From: Eledone cirrhosa
Taxonomy: Eukaryota
NCBI GenBank assembly: GCA_964016885.1
Contig: OZ024743.1
Location: forward strand, 273,730,001 to 273,794,000
Length of the DNA: 64,000 bases
Reading direction: 5' to 3'
This document shows, one piece after another, positions 55,630-64,000 of the stretch. Position numbers and translations under genes: made by a program. The stretch's first letter is position 1; each line of letters opens with the position of its first letter. The notes below the pieces were generated by a model. That model was given only the letters and a program-made list of their open reading frames with translations, was not told the DNA's origin and did no database searches.

Positions 55630-55893
55630 AAGCCAGAAGGCTCATTTGGCCGGTGCTTATCCCGGTTTCATGGCATGAAGCGACTGAGAGTACAAGACTC
55701 CCCCCTGGAGAGGACGCCAGTCCATCGCAGGATTAAATCTCCAGCTATTGCTGGTACTCATTTTCAGCTGAGTATACTGGACCAACGTGAAATGAAGTGT
55801 TTTGCTCAAGAACACAACACGCAGCACAGGAATCGAACCCACGACATTATGATCGTAAGTCCAACACCCTTACCACTAGGCCACGTGCCTCCA
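55630..55893 (-). mobile_element. Well-preserved tRNA-derived SINE of a second family (V-SINE-like central domain)
   Basis: ggaggcacgtggcctagtggtaaggg (A box), gggttcgattcc (B box), gtgttcttgagcaaaacactt, cctgcgatggactggcgtcc..caggggg. Confidence 0.85.
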
Positions 55894-56404
55894 CTAAGTA
55901 CTTGTGTAAAAGAGTGTATTAGAGACAGAGATCATTTGTGTTCGTGAGAGAATGAGTGTGTGTATGAGAAAGTGAGAGGAGAAAGAGAAAGAGTAATATA
56001 AATCCCAGTTCTAATTTGTTTCGTTGTCAATTGCTCCTTTCATTCAAATAGAAAAAGAAATAACAATATATTTTTTAAAACAACACGTGTAAGTGACGCT
56101 TCTTTTCGCGTTGTGTGGAAATTAACAACTCAACCATGTTCCAATGAATGTCTATTCTGTTTTCTAGAAGCATTTTATAATGTACAATATCCTCTTATTC
56201 AATTAATACGTTGTTGGATTTCGGCCATTCAATATTGATATGTTGAATCAAATGTAGCGTAAAATCTGTAATATTTTCAGGAGACAAATATGAAGTGTAT
56301 AGAGGATATAATCTGTTTTGCATGTTTGTGCAAATATATTTATGAGTCGTGTTTAGTCTAAAAGCAATGTTAACAACATGATTATATGTATTGTTTCAAC
56401 ACAA

Positions 56405-56472
<68 letters not shown>

Positions 56473-56514
56473 AAAATGTTAACCCCGACAGGGTTATATA
56501 TATGTATATGTGTG

Positions 56515-56563
<49 letters not shown>

Positions 56564-56594
56564 GTATATATATATATATGTATATATGTATATA

Positions 56595-56700
<106 letters not shown>

Positions 56701-56703
56701 GTA

Positions 56704-56786
<83 letters not shown>

Positions 56787-56922
56787 ATGTAATAATAATA
56801 ATAATAATATTAAAGACCTACAAGCAAATATATACATAATACACATGCGGTTTTAACCATACTGTTTAGTATATGTTGATGAGTTCTCGGCTATTTTTAA
56901 ACACCCTGTTTTAGGTCAGCCG

Positions 56923-57074
<152 letters not shown>

Positions 57075-57183
57075 TATAGTATATGTATATATATATATAT
57101 ATATATATAGTATATGTATACATATATATTATTAATATATAAGGAAACAAAGAATCAGTGTTGCACATATAAATATCTAATTA

Positions 57184-57273
57184 CATATTACACATGTTTC
57201 ACTGTCGATCAGCTCGAGGAACGATCTATTAATGATCGAACCTAAGACTGGAATCGGAAGCTCCTCACATATG
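57184..57273 (-). ncRNA. HHR-like motif with extended stem II, core C3 mutated
   Basis: catat-GTGAGGA-gct...agt-GAAA-catgtg-TA-atatg (5-bp stem I). Confidence 0.55.
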
Positions 57274-57325
57274 TTTTAACAAGTAGACTCGCGTCTATAT
57301 ATATACATACACACACACACACACA

Positions 57326-57356
<31 letters not shown>

Positions 57357-57365
57357 CTGTGTGTG

Positions 57366-57418
<53 letters not shown>

Positions 57419-57613
57419 CACGCAGATTCGAGACAAGCTACAAACCCCCCATCTCAATTGTACTTTTGAAAAGCATAAGAACTGTGGAACCGATAAAGGA
57501 AACAAATAAATATTCTTAAAAAGGCTCCAGTTGCATTTTCGATTTCTTTCCCTTATGCTTTCACTCGTGCTGGACATCTCGTTTTTTCATAAAAAAAAAA
57601 AACAACTCATTAT

Positions 57614-57659
<46 letters not shown>

Positions 57660-57667
<8 letters not shown>

Positions 57668-57925
57668 AAAATGGAACGGGAACAAAACAGAGAGGCAGTA
57701 CGAACAAAGGTTTATTAGTTTCACGTTCTTGGGGAGGACGTTTCAGGCATAAGCCCTTCTTCAGGCGAAAAGTGTGTGGGAAGAGAGTTCCGAGGGTGTG
57801 TAGGGGAGTGGAGGCGAGACATTTATATATATATATATTTGGGGAGGGTCATATTGTTACGATATTGCCAGAAATAATGATAAAAAACACGCACTGTTGG
57901 GTTTGGACTGGTTTTCGCTTCTGTG
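57660..57925 (-). mobile_element. Two adjacent PLE-like terminal fragments (25215-family; 42741-family) in TA tracts
   Basis: 57660-57825 is similar to 25225-25400; 57838-57925 is similar to 42750-42835. Confidence 0.7.
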
Positions 57926-59609
57926 TGTGTGCGTGAGAGAGGGGAGTGGGGGGGGGGGGTTAAATTGTTAATAACATTTTTTGTTAATAATCTTTCGTAA
58001 TATCAAATTAATCTAAATATGAAACATTTAGTCTTCTGAATACAATTAAAGAACATAACGAGGGAAGTATGTTGTAACAATTACTACATACAAGCGATGC
58101 TAATAATCCCATCAATGTTTACTAAATCATTTTGTACAAATCTTTCTATTGCGCTGTCTACTCATTTCCAGGTACAAACACTATCGAAATACACATTCAT
58201 TTCACCTCAGTGTTTCATAAGCTGCTGATCTTGGATACATGTTGATGCTTTTCTAAAACGGGTGTCACGTGGGAAACACTAGCATAGTGCAGCTCTAAAT
58301 AACTATGTTGAAACTATAAATTCACGTACCCTTGTCAAATATCTGCACTCTGTTCAATAATTTGCACACCGGATTCGATTTTTAAAAAAATGAAAATGTT
58401 GCATAATATTACTTCTGCTATAAATTCGTTTACAGCATTTGAGCATATACGGCATACTTAACTAGTGTTGTTTTACTCCCAGATAGCTAAAGTCGAAGCA
58501 ATTTTGTTTTCCAGCTGAATCATTGCTTCACAAGTGCGACGAGACCTTTAGGAGAGGAAATTCCATAGCTTCATCTTCCACAGCTACATACATCTGAAGT
58601 TAGGGAAGATTTTCCAAACAATAACACTTTCTAACTAATTCATATAACGTTAGACACGGAGAATAACCAAATCAATCTGGTAATTTACTTCAAACTGCGA
58701 GGTTAATGTAGCAATATCCTTATGGCAAATAATCTTAGATTTCAATGGGATTTACACCCAGTAATTAGCTATTGTATAGTGATGTACGTAAGACCAGCAC
58801 CGCTCAATTTACGAGTGAAAAATTGGCTTTAGGTGTGGCCTAATCCCAAATGCAGTAAACGATTTGTTCACTGATCCGAGAAAACACTTAGTTCAGATTT
58901 TTCTCATCTTAATACATATAAAACCTGGAGATAAGGGACAGTCTATTGAACCGTAAATTTATTCGTATGCAGTTTCGAATCAATGTTTACAAATAGATTT
59001 TCCACCATTGTAAAATAATTTCTTGCTATCTCACACGGTATAGCGACATTATCTTCTCAGGCACTTATATTGCAAGGGTACATCAACACCGATTCAGCAT
59101 TTCTCATTTGTGTGAATATACATGACGAAAAACATTCAAAACAGAAATATGGACACAACTTATTTATACAGGATAGGCAAGTTGTACATGTTCTATAATT
59201 TCTAAATATTTGATATTGATAATATACGAATATTTGATTCCCTATATGTTGATATATATCCCAAAACTCCCTCTTGAGACAAAATCGTTTAGAATAAGTT
59301 CCAATTTTACATATCCGTACACTAATTTTCTTTAAATTACATGAAACGTTATATATACATGTGTGCGTGTGTGTTTGTGTGAGCATATACACAGCGAAAT
59401 TGAGAGACAGTTATCTATATATAAGGAGATTTCCAGATTAGGCATTTTGTGGCAGGTCAGTCTTTTATCGAAATATAAAAAAAAAAGAAAAAGTATACCC
59501 ATATGCCTTGTGGAATCAAAGATACAGAACACATGTTAAACATTGGAAATCTGTATATGTTCAATTAATAATGTAGAATGAAGCGGTGCTACGTCGGTTT
59601 TGGTAAATA

Positions 59610-59920
59610 CAGTTGTAGGTTTTCGATCAACGGAACAGTTTCCATGTGAAATAAACGTAAACGTCGCTAAGCACTCCACAGTTACGGATATCCATTACTT
59701 AATTCTCGGTGAGTTCCTGTGTATGTAAGCTGCTGCTTTGAATTACATGCACAGTCTATCCGACGAGCTTCCTAAGAGTTTCCGTCTACACAATTTCACT
59801 CACAATGCACGGGTCTATTTATAGTTATGGTAAATGACACTTGCTCTAGATGCGTCGCAATTGTATCGAAATCGAGATCTGCTGCTTGCAAAGATAACTC
59901 CTCGCCCGTTCAACTATTCT
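59610..59920 (-). mobile_element. Old degenerate SINE(s)
   Basis: agtttccgtctacacaatttcactcacaa...gacacttgctctagatgcgtcgca...gaaatcgag; tail similar to the reverse complement of 5530-5620. Confidence 0.45.
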
Positions 59921-60599
59921 GCTTCTCCTCAAATAAAGCAGTGTGATTCGCATTAACAAAAGATAGACCTCTAATAAGATGAATTGTCTGACACAATAAA
60001 TGCCAACATGAAAATGTCCTTGTATTTCGGTTCGATTCCTTCCTAATATTCATTTCCCGCTTCCTATCGTATAACTTGGCGGTTTATTACGATAGTTAAT
60101 ATGTGAATTGCATATACTAAAACTCATTACACATCAAACATTCAGCAAAATATATAATTCACTTAATAGAAAAAGAAAGTATTGCGGTCAAACTATTTTG
60201 CGTTTGTGCATGGTGTGTGCGTAGGTGTGTTTTTGTGAGCATGTATATATATATATATATTTATATATATGTTTGTATATGTGTGTGTGTGTGCGTGTAT
60301 TGGAGTGTGAACAGGCGTGTGTATATGTGACTACTTCGAGAAATCGGAATCTACATGGCTTTCCTCAAATCTGATACGGCCAAATAAAGCAATCCCCCTG
60401 TCAGATATTATAAACATACAAAGTTATTTAGGTCAAAACACAGTCAATAAATTCTATAAGGTAATATATATAAAGAAAATATTGAAATTAACTTTAAGCT
60501 ATGTAATATCATTATTAGTATGTTCCCCTTAATTATTTCCGAGGATACCCAAACTAAACAATGATAACGTCCGCAAGTTAAGTTAGTATTAATAACGAC

Positions 60600-60830
60600 G
60601 TAATATGCAAAAGGAAAAGAGGGTAAACAAAAATAACAACACAATTGGTACAGTGCCTATTAATCTGTATGGGGAGCAAATAGGGTCCCACGTGCTGGCC
60701 TCCCCATAGCCAAGGCGGACAGGATGCAGAAGGTGTTTCCCCGGAGGATGGTAAGGGAGATACGCTGGAAGAGCCATTCCAACTCGCGAGGCTCACACCC
60801 AGATCGAACCTTAAACTGATCAATAGCGAA
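60600..60830 (-). mobile_element. CRE-like LINE extreme 3' fragment
   Basis: GCEPRELEWLFQRISLTILRGNTFCILSA parallels CEPCDLEWLFQRASLAVFRGNAFSILSA at 4390-4470. Confidence 0.75.
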
Positions 60831-62143
60831 ACGTGCGTCACTACTCAATAAACGCAATGGGGACATAACAAATCGTCATTTTATCATTATATATATATAT
60901 ACATATATACGCACACAGACCCCCCCCCACACACACACACATACACACACACACACACACATATATATAGACATATATATATATATATATATACATCTTA
61001 GTCAAGGAAATGACAGGAAAGGATAAGTTATAATTTTCTCAAGTTGAACGGAATATGGAAGTTATTTCATCCGGAAACGTGTCCACCGTATTGGACTCGG
61101 CTAAAGAGGTCTGTTCAACCCGGTGACTAGTTATTTCTTTCTTTTTAGTAATTTTATTTATATAAGTCATATGAAATATTGGAAATTATGTACGAAGAAA
61201 TATGAAAGAAAAGACTGTACATGTGTTTTACATATATTATGCCAGTTGATATCGGTAAATATTTACCACATTGTTTTGTACAAAATGTTGTATTCAAAAA
61301 CAAAGTGGCCACTTTAACTTTGATGACGAATAACCTTTATGATTGCCGCTCGTTAACGAATATGTCTCACTCAGATTTTCAAATTTGAATATTCTTTTTT
61401 ATCACATATCAAATATATTATTTTAAAAATGATGTTATAATTCTATAGAGGTCCATTGAAAGAAAATTGGAAAATCCGTGCAATTAAATTCTGCCTGAAT
61501 TTAAATAACTTTATAGGATTGCATGCACCAAATTATTACGTCTGCGTAACTATATTTAAGACGATGCTATACCTTGAACTAAAATCATGCCGTGTTGTCT
61601 AATCAATAAACAGCAACAATGATTTTGGTAAAGCAATTTCGGTTGAAATCTATTTGTAAAATAAATGTTACTGATAATATGGATTGCTTTACTGAGGAAC
61701 GTCTAGAATATAAACTTACTTGTTTATTTTCGTCTCATCATTTATGAAACCAAATTTCAAGTTTATTTATTTTGCTTTGTTTTTCTTTTTGCATCAAAAA
61801 TTATATTCTTCTTTAAACATCTTTCTTTGAAAACTAAATTATTGTATTGATCATATGTCATAAATAACTCTCTACAGAGCCTTTTAATTATTGTTTTCGA
61901 TTTTCATCTACTGTTTGTTTGTTTTACTGTTGTTTTACTGTTATTCTTTTTCGATATAGCTCTTACGTCTTGTATCGATGTTATATTAAAGCATTCAGTT
62001 CAGAAATTTAAAAACCATTAGTTAAACACAGTCTCAGACCACATACATATAGATAACCACACACTCAATGAAAAACACAGACATACATACAGACACACAC
62101 TCACATACTTACAAACAAAACACATATGTATATATATATGCAT

Positions 62144-62179
<36 letters not shown>

Positions 62180-62204
62180 GTGTATATATATATATATATG
62201 TATG

Positions 62205-62252
<48 letters not shown>

Positions 62253-62337
62253 CACACGTATATATATATATGTATGTAATATATATACATACATATATAT
62301 ATACACGTATATATATATATATATATATGTATGTATA

Positions 62338-62500
62338 TTTCAGAAGATCCCGTTAAGGGTGAAAGCAGCGATTCTTTGCTTAAACTTTAATCTGTTATTT
62401 TAATAAATATTTGCTCTACGGTTCTTATATATTTGATATATATTTTCCTTATCGAGCCCTCTTTGGATTTTAGTCTTCAATTTTATTATTATTACTATAT
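62338..62500 (+). mobile_element. PLE-like terminal fragment starting at a CAGAAGA-core HHR
   Basis: ttt-CAGAAGA-tccc gttaa gggt-GAAA-gca...tgc-TT-aaa; ends in (TA)n. Confidence 0.7.
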
Positions 62501-62542
62501 ATACTTATATATATATATATACATACATATATATACTTATAT

Positions 62543-62596
<54 letters not shown>

Positions 62597-62699
62597 TTAT
62601 ATATGTATACATACATATCTATATCTATATATATAAATACATATATATATGTGCATATATATATATATATATGAGTGTGTGTATATATATATATATATA

Positions 62700-63012
62700 T
62701 AAATGAAAAGTATAGAGAGTAGTGTAGCAAGGAGCCAACAGTATTCCATAATTTATAAGTGTCTATAGCCGCAAAATGGGAAAATAGTTAACGTAAGATG
62801 TGGGAAAAATAATTCAAACTCAATTCAAAAAGAATCAGGATATAGATTTGCCCAACAGAATTTAGTGAAATCCAGGGAAAATCAATCGAGCCTTAACTCA
62901 TGATAAAATAAAGTTTTAAATACTCATCCTTCAATTTGGAACAACTATAAATGCTCTATATAGTCTTGAAAAGAATATTTCACGAAAACTTTCAGTGGGG
63001 ATGGTCACGGTT
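62700..63012 (-). mobile_element. Copy of the 24550 family truncated inside HHR loop II
   Basis: Aligns to 24550-24857 and stops at gtggggatggtcacggt. Confidence 0.8.
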
Positions 63013-63060
63013 ATATATGTATTTATATATATATATATATATAAATATATATACATATAT

Positions 63061-63093
<33 letters not shown>

Positions 63094-63096
63094 CAC

Positions 63097-63622
<526 letters not shown>

Positions 63623-63630
63623 TAAATATA

Positions 63631-63765
63631 ATTAGCCGTCGAAACGGCTTGAGCTCAGCTGTCGGGGTCTTACTGGTTCCTATTACCCACTCTACTACCT
63701 CAAGTATTGAGTACTTTGGTGCGTTATCGTCCACCTGGTTCCTTACCACATTTCCTTCGTTATAT
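63631..63765 (+). mobile_element. Copy of the 32340 family truncated in HHR stem II
   Basis: Starts tagccgtc-GAAA-cggctt gagc tcagctg-TC-gggg and runs to (TA)n. Confidence 0.7.
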
Positions 63766-63902
63766 ATATATATATATATATATGTGTATATGTATATATA
63801 TGTATATATATATATGTATATATATATATGTATATATATATATGTATATATATATATGTATATATATATATGTATATGTATATATATGTATATATATATA
63901 TT

Positions 63903-63951
<49 letters not shown>

Positions 63952-64000
63952 GTGTATATATATATATGTATATATATATATGTATATATATATTTATTTT

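Noticed and set aside
55820-55893. tRNA gene
   Set aside because: A/B boxes present but no complete cloverleaf; continues into a SINE body

Overview
AT-rich, repeat-dominated animal intergenic/intronic DNA. The SINE families and (TA)n/(CA)n density point to an octopus/coleoid cephalopod, which is an inference. No intact host protein-coding gene is visible, and most long ORFs in the track are translations of TA/TG microsatellites. Recognisable coding relics are all retroelements: two Penelope-like elements (PLEs; RT and GIY-YIG) nested at 37.2-42.6 kb, a three-piece R4/Dong LINE stack at 11.6-17.3 kb, CR1-like and CRE-like LINE fragments, and a Ty3/gypsy gag relic. There are also about 20 tRNA-derived SINE copies and Helitron/DINE-like non-autonomous pieces. 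The main hidden signal is about 20 type I hammerhead-ribozyme (HHR) motifs, intact or degenerate, from at least a dozen unrelated short non-coding families, most of which sit in (TA)n tracts. One forms a retrozyme-like unit with two HHRs 542 bp apart. Many copies are fold-back palindromes, and several turn around or are truncated inside the ribozyme itself. All HHR calls come from base-pairing read by eye; activity is untested.
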